Shown piece after piece: positions 13,489-21,800 of a DNA stretch of 24,000 nt. This DNA is from Selenomonadaceae bacterium (GTDB lineage: Bacteria; Bacillota; Negativicutes; Selenomonadales; Selenomonadaceae). The notes beneath the pieces were generated by a model. The model ran no database searches. It saw nothing but the letters and a program-made list of their open reading frames with translations, and was not told where the DNA came from. Within the stretch, counting starts at the first letter, position 1, and the number at the start of each line of letters is the position of its first letter. The stretch is from the NCBI GenBank assembly GCA_030523645.1, contig JAUNIB010000005.1, positions 114,860-138,859 on the forward strand. The letters run 5' to 3'. A program made the translations under genes and the position numbers.

Positions 13489-15630
13489 CAGAATTTTTGC
13501 CAGGGTGGACAGCAGCTTCGGCACTTCGATGGGCTTTGCAAGGTGACCGTTCATGCCTTTTGCCAGCGCGTTCTGCCGGTCTTCGTCGAAGGCGTTGGCG
13601 GTCATGGCAATAATGGGTATGGATGCCTTTTCCCTGTCGGCAAGGTTTCGGATTTTTTCAGTGGCCTGATAGCCATCCATGTTCGGCATCTGAATGTCCA
13701 TCAGTATTAAATCATAGTAGCCTTCCGGAGCCTGTTCCAGCATCTGCACGCAGAGGTTTCCGTCTGCGGCGTGTTCGACTGTCAAATCGGCATCCTTCAG
13801 AAGCTCTGTGGCTATTTCTGCATTCAGCTCGTTGTCTTCCGCCAGCAGAATTCGCTTGCCGGACAAAATGTCGGAATAATATTCCTCGGCGGTTTCCGGT
13901 GCATCGACGGAATCGGTCACAATGGGATGGGGCAGGGTAACAACAAATTTCGTACCCCGGCCAAGCTCACTTTCTACCGTAATGGTACCGCCCATCAGGT
14001 CTATGAGGCGCTTGACGATAGGCATTCCCAGACCGCTGCCCTCGATTTTGTTTTCCGTTACCGTCCGCTCACGGGAGAATTCTTCAAACAGTATTGGCAG
14101 GTAGTCCTTGGACATACCGATGCCGGTGTCGGTGATGGTCGTTCTTATCAGTGCGTAGCCGTCCCGATCGGATGGCAGCTCCCGGACGGACATATCGATG
14201 CTGCCGCCGGAGAATGTATATTTGTAGGCATTGGATATAAGATTCAGGAATACTTCCTTTACCCTGACTGCATCGCATAGGATGTTGTCGTTCTTTATTT
14301 CAATACTGTGGGTGAAGTTGATATTCTTCTTCTTCATCTCCTCGGCATATATCATGGCCAATTCGTTGTGGAGGTAGGTGACACTGCCGGGGGCTTCCTT
14401 CAGTACGACCTTGCCGCTTTCAATGCGAGCCATTTCCAGAACATTGTTAATCAACCCCAGCAGGAACTCGCTGGAGGTCTGGATTTTGGAAAGGTAGTTG
14501 ATGGACCGTTTCCGGTCGCCGAGGTTTTTCTTCAGCAGGTCGGTGAAGCCGATGATGGCGTTCATGGGAGTGCGGATGTCATGGCTCATGTTGAAGAGGA
14601 ACCGGGTCTTTGCTTCATTGGCGATGACAGCACTGTGGCGGGCATCCTCCAAAATCTGTTTCTGCCGCTGCTCTTCCATAACAATGTCGTTAACATCGTA
14701 GTGATAGCCGCTGACCAGATTGCCTCCGTCGGGCATTTTTACCGCCGTGCCGCCGCATCTGACCCAGATTACTCCCTTTTGGGGATGATGCCATTTGTAG
14801 GTGTTTTCGCTGAATTTTCCGTCCAGCATTTCCTGAACGCTGTTCTGTACCGAGGGGATGGCTTCCGGCAGGACATTGTCATACCAGTTGGCATAGATGT
14901 CTTCCTCGGACAGCTCCTGTCCGGAGAGACCGAGCAGCTCCATCATTTTGTCATTGGCCTGCATTCGGGGCAGCTTGCCGTCCTGCAGGAAAATATGCCA
15001 GATGCCGAGGCCGGCCGCGGCGACAATGTCGTTGTACTCCTTCAGCTGCTGATTCAGGCGGTTTGATTCCTCTATTTGAGCAGCCTGCTCATCATTCAGC
15101 TTTTGCAGCATCTGGTTTCTTTTCCGCTCGTCGGCCATGAGGCTGTCGATATTTATGAAGCCCAGCAGAAAGCTTTTTTTGTTGGGAGTGTTGCGGAAAT
15201 AAAACTTGAAGTAATGTACAGAGCTGGAACCGGGGTCAATAATTTTGAAATTGCCGGAAAACTCATCCTTATCCTGGAGTTCACGCTTTACATTATCCAG
15301 CGGCATTGACCGATCCATGAGTTCTTTGTCATCGGGGTGAATATAGCGGCTGGTGTAGCCGATCCACATTTTTTCATAATGACACTGGGTTCCCTTTTCT
15401 ATGGGTAGCCGCTGTTTAAGCTTTTCACTGAGCTTGATTGCCTCCGTCATTCCGGTTTCGGCATCTATAAGGAACAGCGTATGAAATTCCGAGGTGAGTG
15501 TATTTATCAGCGCTTCCTGCTGTTCTGTGTTTGAAATATGGCTGTCTCTTTCCCGTTTTAGCCGTGTTATAGTATGACAGGTATATGCAAGCAGCAGTGA
15601 CAATACAATTATGGCAATCATGCTCAGCAT
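13483..15630 (-). CDS. Hybrid sensor histidine kinase (TM, PAS-like, HisKA, HATPase_c and C-terminal receiver)
   Basis: H-box FLFNMSHDIRTPMNAIIGF; N, G1 and G2 boxes (LISNAYKYT, DTGIGM, GSGLGM); receiver ILLAEDNELN...LILMDIQMPNMDG...IIAMTANAF; N-terminal TM helix. Confidence 0.9.
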   Translation of the reverse strand: MLSMIAIIVLSLLLAYTCHTITRLKRERDSHISNTEQQEALINTLTSEFHTLFLIDAETGMTEAIKLSEKLKQRLPIEKGTQCHYEKMWIGYTSRYIHPDDKELMDRSMPLDNVKRELQDKDEFSGNFKIIDPGSSSVHYFKFYFRNTPNKKSFLLGFINIDSLMADERKRNQMLQKLNDEQAAQIEESNRLNQQLKEYNDIVAAAGLGIWHIFLQDGKLPRMQANDKMMELLGLSGQELSEEDIYANWYDNVLPEAIPSVQNSVQEMLDGKFSENTYKWHHPQKGVIWVRCGGTAVKMPDGGNLVSGYHYDVNDIVMEEQRQKQILEDARHSAVIANEAKTRFLFNMSHDIRTPMNAIIGFTDLLKKNLGDRKRSINYLSKIQTSSEFLLGLINNVLEMARIESGKVVLKEAPGSVTYLHNELAMIYAEEMKKKNINFTHSIEIKNDNILCDAVRVKEVFLNLISNAYKYTFSGGSIDMSVRELPSDRDGYALIRTTITDTGIGMSKDYLPILFEEFSRERTVTENKIEGSGLGMPIVKRLIDLMGGTITVESELGRGTKFVVTLPHPIVTDSVDAPETAEEYYSDILSGKRILLAEDNELNAEIATELLKDADLTVEHAADGNLCVQMLEQAPEGYYDLILMDIQMPNMDGYQATEKIRNLADREKASIPIIAMTANAFDEDRQNALAKGMNGHLAKPIEVPKLLSTLAKILK

Positions 15631-15771
15631 ATTGTTTTCCTCCTAACGGCCTTTTGGGTAAGCCGCTGTAATGAGTCGGTTGGTCTGATCGCGCAATATA
15701 TTTCAGCTGTTCTTATTATACTACAAATTGGTTTCGTTAATCTATATTTTCAAGAAAAATTATCAGTAAAT

Positions 15772-15816
15772 AATAAAAAACAGCCCATACATGGAATTAA
15801 ACCATAGTATGGACTG
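15772..15816 (-). terminator. Rho-independent terminator of the DUF1858 gene
   Basis: The hairpin pairs cagcccata (15781-15789) with tatggactg (15808-15816), with one mismatch. On the minus strand it is followed by TTTTTTATTA. Confidence 0.6.
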
Positions 15817-15843
15817 TTTGCTTTTACCGTGAAGCTTACTTGC

Positions 15844-16071
15844 TTACTTAGCCTCAGCCTTGGCGGCTTCGGCATCATCTACGGCAGCGTTGAGGGCAGC
15901 CATGAGAAGGTCGATATCGAGGCCGTGAGCGGCAGCACCCTGCTCAATGTTCTCGAAGTGAGCGGCGGCGCAGCCGATGCAGCCCATGCCGCTGTTCATG
16001 AATGCTTCAATAGTCTCGGGGTATTGCTGAACTACTTCAAGGATACCCATATCTTTGGTGATTTTTGCCAT
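15844..16071 (-). CDS. DUF1858 / hybrid-cluster-protein-associated redox disulfide domain protein
   Basis: MAKITKDMGILEVVQQYPETIEAFMNSGMGCIGCAAAHFENIEQGAAAHGLDIDLL carries the characteristic CxGC and ITKDMxIxEV pattern. RBS AAGGAGG lies upstream. Confidence 0.8.
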   Translation of the reverse strand: MAKITKDMGILEVVQQYPETIEAFMNSGMGCIGCAAAHFENIEQGAAAHGLDIDLLMAALNAAVDDAEAAKAEAK

Positions 16072-16201
16072 TTTATATTCCTCCTTGTGGATATATGCAA
16101 ATTAACTAGCAGAGATTATAGCACATACTCTTATATAATGGAAGTTTTTTTGCCGGAAAGGAAAAGAGGCTGCTGTAAGTTATCCTTCCGACCTCGCATC
16201 A

Positions 16202-16219
16202 CCTCCCCTACAGGGGAGG
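16202..16219. repeat. REP-like hairpin related to the 771-995 array
   Basis: cctcccc-taca-ggggagg, the same ctcccc/ggggag core as the tandem units at the left end. Confidence 0.6.
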
Positions 16220-16247
16220 CATATATAAATAGAGGACACCTTATAGT

Positions 16248-16279
16248 AAGAAAAACTGCCGCAGGTCTCCCTGCGGCAG
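16248..16279 (-). terminator. Rho-independent terminator of the carboxyltransferase gene
   Basis: ctgccgcagg (16256-16265) pairs with cctgcggcag (16270-16279). On the minus strand it is followed by TTTTTCTT. Confidence 0.75.
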
Positions 16280-16305
16280 TTGACTTCTGCTCTGTATAGA
16301 AAGAA

Positions 16306-17775
16306 TTACTTGTCGAGAGCTTTATGCAGCTCGGCCTTGAGAGCATTGGCATCTTCGATTTCCAGGAGCTGGCCGAGAAGAGCCTTTGCCTTGTTGGCGG
16401 TGATGTAGCGGAGGTTCTTGTGGAAGAACTCGGAAGCGACCTGCGGGAAGAGAGCATAGGAGAGGATGTCTTCCTCCGGCGGGTTCATATAGCCCTGCTG
16501 CTCCAGCTCTGCCTTGAACTCGGCCATGGTCTTTGCCTTGGCATCGTCAGCACGCATATCGGTGATGATGTCTTCTTCGGCGATGTGCATGGTGTTGATG
16601 AGGAAGTCCTTGTCGATAGCCTTCGGGGTCTTGCCGAACTTGCCGCGGGCAAGGTCCTTGACCTCGTTGGGAACCATCTTGTAGCGCTCGCCCAGCATGA
16701 CATTGAAGGTAGCCTGAGTGCCGACAATCTGGCTGGACGGGGTGACGAGCGGCGGATAGCCGAGGTCTGCACGGACACGGGGCATCTCGTCGAGAAGCTC
16801 CTGATATTTGTCTTCCATGCCCTGTTCCTTCAGCTGGTTGACCATGTTGCTGAGCATGCCGCCCGGAATCTGGAAGTCGAGGACATTGGGGTTAACATCG
16901 AAGTAGCCTTTGAGGCCGAATTCCTTAATGAGGTCGCCCTTTACCTTCAGGAAGTGCTGAGAGATGGGGTTGAGAGCCTGACGGTCAAGACCGGTGTCAT
17001 AGGGGGTGCCTACGAGAGTCTCAATCATGGTCTCGGTGCAGGGCTGGCTGGTGTCGCAGGCGAAGGGAGCGAGAGCACAGTCGATAACATCTACGCCGGC
17101 CTCGATTGCCTTCATATAAGTCATGGAGCCAAAGCCGGAGGTGTAGTGGGTGTGGAGCTGAATGGGAACCTTGACAGCCTTCTTCAGCTTCTTGACCAGA
17201 TCTTCGGCAACATAAGGCTTCAGCAGACCGGACATATCCTTGATGCAGACGGAGTGAACGCCCATCTTCTCAAGCTGCTTGGCCAGGTCAACGAAGGTCT
17301 CGTTGGTGTGGAAGGGGCTGATGGTGTATACGAGGCAGCCCTGGACATGGGGCTTCTCTTTGCACTTGAGAGCCTCATCGATAGAGGTCTGGAGATTGTC
17401 GATGTCGTTGAGGGCATCGAAGATGCGGAATACTTTTACGCCGTGCTCGGAAGCCTTGCGGACGAAGGCGCGGACAACATCATCATTATAATGATTGTAG
17501 CCCAGTAGATTCTGGCCGCGGAGGAGCATCTGAATCGGGGTATTCTTCAAGTGAGAGCGGAGTATGTCGAGGCGCTCCCAGGGATCCTCGTTCAGGAAGC
17601 GGAGGCAGCTGTCAAAGGTAGCACCGCCCCATGCTTCCAAAGAATTATAGCCGATAGCATCAAGGGCATCAAGCTGAGGAATCATCTGCTCAATGCGCAT
17701 GCGGGTAGCACACAGGGACTGGTGGGCGTCACGCAGGATTGTTTCGGTAATTTTTACGGGTTTTTTGGCTGTCAT
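16306..17775 (-). CDS. Pyruvate carboxyltransferase-domain protein (oxaloacetate decarboxylase alpha / transcarboxylase 5S-like) with no biotinyl domain
   Basis: ITETILRDAHQSL, LEAWGGATFD, FRIFDALND, ICIKDMSGLL and QLHTHYTSG are the HMGL-like/OadA signature blocks. There is no AMKM motif at the C-terminus. I chose start ATG 17775 (MTAKKPVKI) with RBS GAGAGG. Confidence 0.9.
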   Translation of the reverse strand: MTAKKPVKITETILRDAHQSLCATRMRIEQMIPQLDALDAIGYNSLEAWGGATFDSCLRFLNEDPWERLDILRSHLKNTPIQMLLRGQNLLGYNHYNDDVVRAFVRKASEHGVKVFRIFDALNDIDNLQTSIDEALKCKEKPHVQGCLVYTISPFHTNETFVDLAKQLEKMGVHSVCIKDMSGLLKPYVAEDLVKKLKKAVKVPIQLHTHYTSGFGSMTYMKAIEAGVDVIDCALAPFACDTSQPCTETMIETLVGTPYDTGLDRQALNPISQHFLKVKGDLIKEFGLKGYFDVNPNVLDFQIPGGMLSNMVNQLKEQGMEDKYQELLDEMPRVRADLGYPPLVTPSSQIVGTQATFNVMLGERYKMVPNEVKDLARGKFGKTPKAIDKDFLINTMHIAEEDIITDMRADDAKAKTMAEFKAELEQQGYMNPPEEDILSYALFPQVASEFFHKNLRYITANKAKALLGQLLEIEDANALKAELHKALDK

Positions 17776-17944
17776 TATTATACCTCTCTCTTTAATTTTG
17801 CCGCAAAAAGGCGACAGGTGAAATATGACTTTATCCATCAGTATATTGTTTGGCTAGTGGAATGTCAATGAAATTTGAAATGAATACATGTAAACATAGC
17901 ACAAAATGATGTGGTTTTTAATCGGTAAGAAAAACTGTGAGAAA

Positions 17945-17970
17945 GCATAATGTATAAATATACATTATGC
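17945..17970. promoter_or_regulatory. Perfect 12+2+12 palindrome in the divergent intergenic region; candidate operator
   Basis: gcataatgtata-aa-tatacattatgc lies between the carboxyltransferase start (17775, minus) and the TAXI gene start (18106, plus). Confidence 0.4.
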
Positions 17971-18105
17971 AATGTTTTTTGAATTTTTTATGAAAGGAGA
18001 TGTGATTTTCTGTTGCGGGAACTGCATAAATGGTGTAAAATAGCGACAGCAGTTTATAGGTTTAGTCTAAAAATTGTACGAGAATCTTAAAGGAGGAGAG
18101 ACTTA

Positions 18106-19131
18106 ATGAAAAAACTGTTTGCGATGCTGATGGCTCTCATGGTCTCCGCTGCAATGTTCACCGGCTGCGGTGGCGGAGATAAGAAGGCTGAGGCTCCTAA
18201 GGATCAGAAGGCACAGAGCCAGAAGGTTGACCGTTCCAAGGAATTCGTCACTGTGCTTACCGGTCCGACCAGCGGTATTTATTTCCCCATCGGCGGTGCA
18301 TTCTCCAAGGTAGTTGGTGAGATGGGCTACAAGACCAGCGCTACTGCTACCGGTGCTACCGGCGAAAACATCAATGCAATCCTCACCGGCAAGGGCGAGA
18401 TGGCCATTGCCATGTCCGACTCCGTCATTCAGGCTGTTGAAGGCTTCGGCGCTTATGAAGGCAAGCCGAAAGCTACCGACCTCCGCGTAATGATGGGTCT
18501 GTGGCCGAATGTTGTCCAGATTGTTACCACTGCCGACAGCGGCATCAAGACTTTCAAGGACATCAAGGGCAAGCGTGTAGGCGTAGGCGCTCCGAACTCC
18601 GGTGTTGAGCTGAACGCTCGTATGATTTTCGAGGCCAACGGCATGAGCTATGCCGATGCCAAGGTTGACTACCTCTCCTACGGTGAGGCTATCGACCAGA
18701 TGAAGAACGGTCAGTGCGATGTTGCATTCGTTACCTCCGGTCTCGGCAACGCTACCATCAAGGAGCTGGGTACTGCTAAGGAAGTTGTATTCGTTCCGGT
18801 TGATGGCGATGCTCTGAAGAACCTTACCAAGAAGTATCCCTTCTACATCGAGTGGAAGATTCCGAAGGAAACCTACGGCACCAAGGCTGACACTGTCACC
18901 GCTGCTGTTATGAATGTAATGCTCGTATCCAAGAACCTCTCTGATGATGTTGTATATGATATCCTTGATGGTATCTACAGCCAGAAGGGTCTTGAGACCA
19001 TCGGTGCTTCCCACGCTACTGCAAAGCGCGAGATTAAGCCCGAGACTGCTCTCCGCGGTATTACCGGCACCAGCCTGAAGCTCCATCCGGGTGCTGAGAA
19101 GTACTACAAGGCAAAGGGCATCATTAAGTAA
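18106..19131 (+). CDS. TAXI-family TRAP transporter solute-binding lipoprotein
   Basis: Lipobox MFTGC. Typical TAXI blocks are LTGPTSGIYFPIGGA, VQIVT.ADSGIKT..DLKGKRVGVGAPNSG and HPGAEKYYKE-like. RBS AAGGAGGAG lies upstream. Confidence 0.9.
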   Translation: MKKLFAMLMALMVSAAMFTGCGGGDKKAEAPKDQKAQSQKVDRSKEFVTVLTGPTSGIYFPIGGAFSKVVGEMGYKTSATATGATGENINAILTGKGEMAIAMSDSVIQAVEGFGAYEGKPKATDLRVMMGLWPNVVQIVTTADSGIKTFKDIKGKRVGVGAPNSGVELNARMIFEANGMSYADAKVDYLSYGEAIDQMKNGQCDVAFVTSGLGNATIKELGTAKEVVFVPVDGDALKNLTKKYPFYIEWKIPKETYGTKADTVTAAVMNVMLVSKNLSDDVVYDILDGIYSQKGLETIGASHATAKREIKPETALRGITGTSLKLHPGAEKYYKAKGIIK

Positions 19132-19161
19132 TACAGGACTGAGATTTGACTAAACCATAAA

Positions 19162-19665
19162 ATGAATATCGTACGCAAGAATCTAATTGCTTGCTTTGCA
19201 CTCCTCATAGCTGCCGCCTCGCTGTACGCGGGGTGGCAGTGGTGGGGGAGTCCGGAGCGGCTTCTCAGAATATACGACTATGAGACCGGCGAGCTGATTC
19301 GTCAGGAGCAGGTCAAGGTCGGAGACAGGCTGTTTTTCGGCTGGGTTCATTCCTGGGAGAAGATTCCCTGGCACGAGTATTATCACATAGAGAAAGATAA
19401 TTCACTGGTGCTTGATACTATCGCTTATCCCGCCTTTGGAGCAGGTATTCCCGAGAATAAGGGAAAGAAGTGCTACATAAAGGACAAGATGATATATATG
19501 GATGAAATCGGTCAGGTTTTCAAGCAATTTGATTGGATAAATTCACATTTCGCCACAAGAGATATTAAACTCAACGATGAGCTTTTGATGACGGGGAAGG
19601 ATTTGCCCGAGCATCGAAGGCTTATTTTACGCATTGAAGAAAGGAGGCTGTGGAATGGAGGATAA
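19162..19665 (+). CDS. DUF1850 domain protein (common TAXI-TRAP operon partner)
   Basis: The N-terminal TM helix, then VGDRLFFGWVHSWEKIPWHEYY...LVLDTIAYPAFGAGIP, matches the HSVEKxPVxE...FGAG(L/I)P pattern. Confidence 0.75.
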   Translation: MNIVRKNLIACFALLIAAASLYAGWQWWGSPERLLRIYDYETGELIRQEQVKVGDRLFFGWVHSWEKIPWHEYYHIEKDNSLVLDTIAYPAFGAGIPENKGKKCYIKDKMIYMDEIGQVFKQFDWINSHFATRDIKLNDELLMTGKDLPEHRRLILRIEERRLWNGG

Positions 19666-21628
19666 CAAGAAGACGGAGGACATTGCCGTTCAGCTGTCCA
19701 CCGATGGTGAGCTGGATGAGAAGTCCGAGGCCGTCCTTAAAAAGCACGATAAAGAATCCGCCACCAGGAAGCTGGCAGGCGCTGTTAAAAAGATTTTCTT
19801 CATCGCCTGCGTTCTCGTTTCCTGCTACCACCTCTATACGGCCGCCTTCGGCCCCCCGGTTACATTGGTGCATCGCTCTCTGCATGTTTCTATGATGCTG
19901 GCGCTGTGCTTCATCATGTATCCGTTTTCGAAAAAATCAGACCATACCAAGCCCAGTATCGTTGATTGGGTACTCGTTCTGCTGTCCTTTGCTGCACCTG
20001 CATACATTTATACCGATTATTTGGGAGTAGTAGAGCGAGCCGGTAATGCCAATCAGACAGATATGATCATGGCTACCTTGCTGGTGGCACTGGTTCTTGA
20101 GGCCAGCCGCCGCGTATCCGGCAACGCCCTGTCTATTCTGAGCCTTGTCTTTATCGGTTATGGTCTGTACGGTCGCAGTATGCCCGGTATGTTTATGCAC
20201 CGCGGCTATGACTGGACCTCCCTTTCCAACCATTTCTTTGCTAATACCGAGGGTATCTACGGTACCTCCGTCAGTGTTGCAGCCAGCTATATCTTCCTGT
20301 TCATACTGTTCGGCTGCGTCATGCAGAAGTCCGGTATGGGACAGTTCTTTAACGATATTGCACTGGCTCTCGCCGGCCATACCAAGGGCGGTCCGGCAAA
20401 GGTTTCCGTAATTGCTTCCGGCTTCCTTGGTTCCATCAACGGCTCGGCGGTTGCCAACGTCGTTACCACCGGCGCATTCACCATCCCTCTGATGAAAAAG
20501 ACCGGCTATTCCAAGGAATTTGCCGGTGCTGTAGAGTCCGCTGCTTCTGTCGGCGGTCAGCTGCTGCCGCCTATCATGGGCGCAGCTGCCTTCATCATGG
20601 CTGAGATGCTCAGTGTCAAGTATTCCTCCATCATCGTATGGGCGGCTGTACCGGCACTGCTCTATTATCTGGGTATCATTATTCAGGTACAGCTTAGAGC
20701 ATCCAAGGATGGTCTGGTAGGTCTGCCGAAGGATCAGCTTCCCAAGACCGGTGAAGTACTGAAGCGTCAGGGTCACCTGCTGCTGCCGGTATTCTTCCTG
20801 CTCTACATGCTGTTCTTCTCCGGCACCACCGTTATCTACTCTGCGGTTCTCACCATTCTGGTGACGATCGTGGTTTCCTGGTTCAAGAAGGAAACCCGGA
20901 TGACCCCGTCCGACTTGATAGATGCACTGGCTGACGGTGCCAGGCAGACCGTATCCGTTGCTATCGCCTGCGCCTGCGTAGGTATTATCATCGGTGTTTC
21001 CTCCAAGACCGGTTTCGGTCTGACTATGGCCAACACCATTATTTCTCTTGGCGATACCAGCATCCTCTTCACGCTGGTGTTCACCATGATTACCTGCATG
21101 ATTCTCGGTATGGGTCTGCCGTCTATTCCGGCATACATCATTACCGCTTCCATCGCTGCTCCGGCTCTTGCCAAGCTTGGCATTGCTCCGGCTGCTGCCC
21201 ACATGTTCAGCTTCTACTATGCGATGTTCGCAAACCTGACACCGCCGGTAGCGCTGGCTTCCTTTGCGGCTGCAGGTCTTTCCGGCGGCGATCCCATGAA
21301 GACCGGCGTTGCTTCCGTAAAGCTGGCTATCGCAGGCTTCATCGTTCCCTTTATGTTCGTCTATGCACCCCAGCTTATGCTCATTAATACCACTCTGGCG
21401 GAGGGTACTACTGTTGCCCTTACCGGCTGTCTCGGCGTATTCCTCATTGCAGTTGCAGTCGAGGGCTACTTCCTGGCACCGGTTGCCATGTGGCTGAGAG
21501 CGGTTGCTACCGTTGGTGCATTGATGCTCATCAAGCCGGGTCTCGACACCGATATCATCGGCATCGTCGTAATGGTAGTGCTGTACTTCCTCCAGAGGAA
21601 GAAGGCTTCTGCTGCAGCAGCGACCTGA
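19655..21628 (+). CDS. TRAP transporter fused permease (4TM/12TM DctQM-like)
   Basis: Polytopic membrane protein of about 657 aa following the TAXI and DUF1850 genes. I chose start ATG 19655 (MEDNKK) with AAGGAGG at 19641-19647. It overlaps the DUF1850 gene's end. Confidence 0.9.
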   Translation: MEDNKKTEDIAVQLSTDGELDEKSEAVLKKHDKESATRKLAGAVKKIFFIACVLVSCYHLYTAAFGPPVTLVHRSLHVSMMLALCFIMYPFSKKSDHTKPSIVDWVLVLLSFAAPAYIYTDYLGVVERAGNANQTDMIMATLLVALVLEASRRVSGNALSILSLVFIGYGLYGRSMPGMFMHRGYDWTSLSNHFFANTEGIYGTSVSVAASYIFLFILFGCVMQKSGMGQFFNDIALALAGHTKGGPAKVSVIASGFLGSINGSAVANVVTTGAFTIPLMKKTGYSKEFAGAVESAASVGGQLLPPIMGAAAFIMAEMLSVKYSSIIVWAAVPALLYYLGIIIQVQLRASKDGLVGLPKDQLPKTGEVLKRQGHLLLPVFFLLYMLFFSGTTVIYSAVLTILVTIVVSWFKKETRMTPSDLIDALADGARQTVSVAIACACVGIIIGVSSKTGFGLTMANTIISLGDTSILFTLVFTMITCMILGMGLPSIPAYIITASIAAPALAKLGIAPAAAHMFSFYYAMFANLTPPVALASFAAAGLSGGDPMKTGVASVKLAIAGFIVPFMFVYAPQLMLINTTLAEGTTVALTGCLGVFLIAVAVEGYFLAPVAMWLRAVATVGALMLIKPGLDTDIIGIVVMVVLYFLQRKKASAAAAT

Positions 21629-21650
21629 CGAAAAGCTACATTAAATACAC

Positions 21651-21695
21651 AATCACCGATGGCTTACGGCCATCGGTGATTTTACTTTATTTCCA
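21651..21695 (+). terminator. Rho-independent terminator of the TRAP operon
   Basis: aatcaccgatggc (21651-21663) pairs with gccatcggtgatt (21669-21681). It is followed by ttactttatttcc. Confidence 0.75.
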
Positions 21696-21800
21696 TCAAA
21701 TAGTGTGATATAATGCAATGATGGATTAGGCTCTAATGGGCTTATTTATGTTGTTCATTATTAAACACGAATGTTTCTGCTTTGAGCAGGGAGGAGCTAA

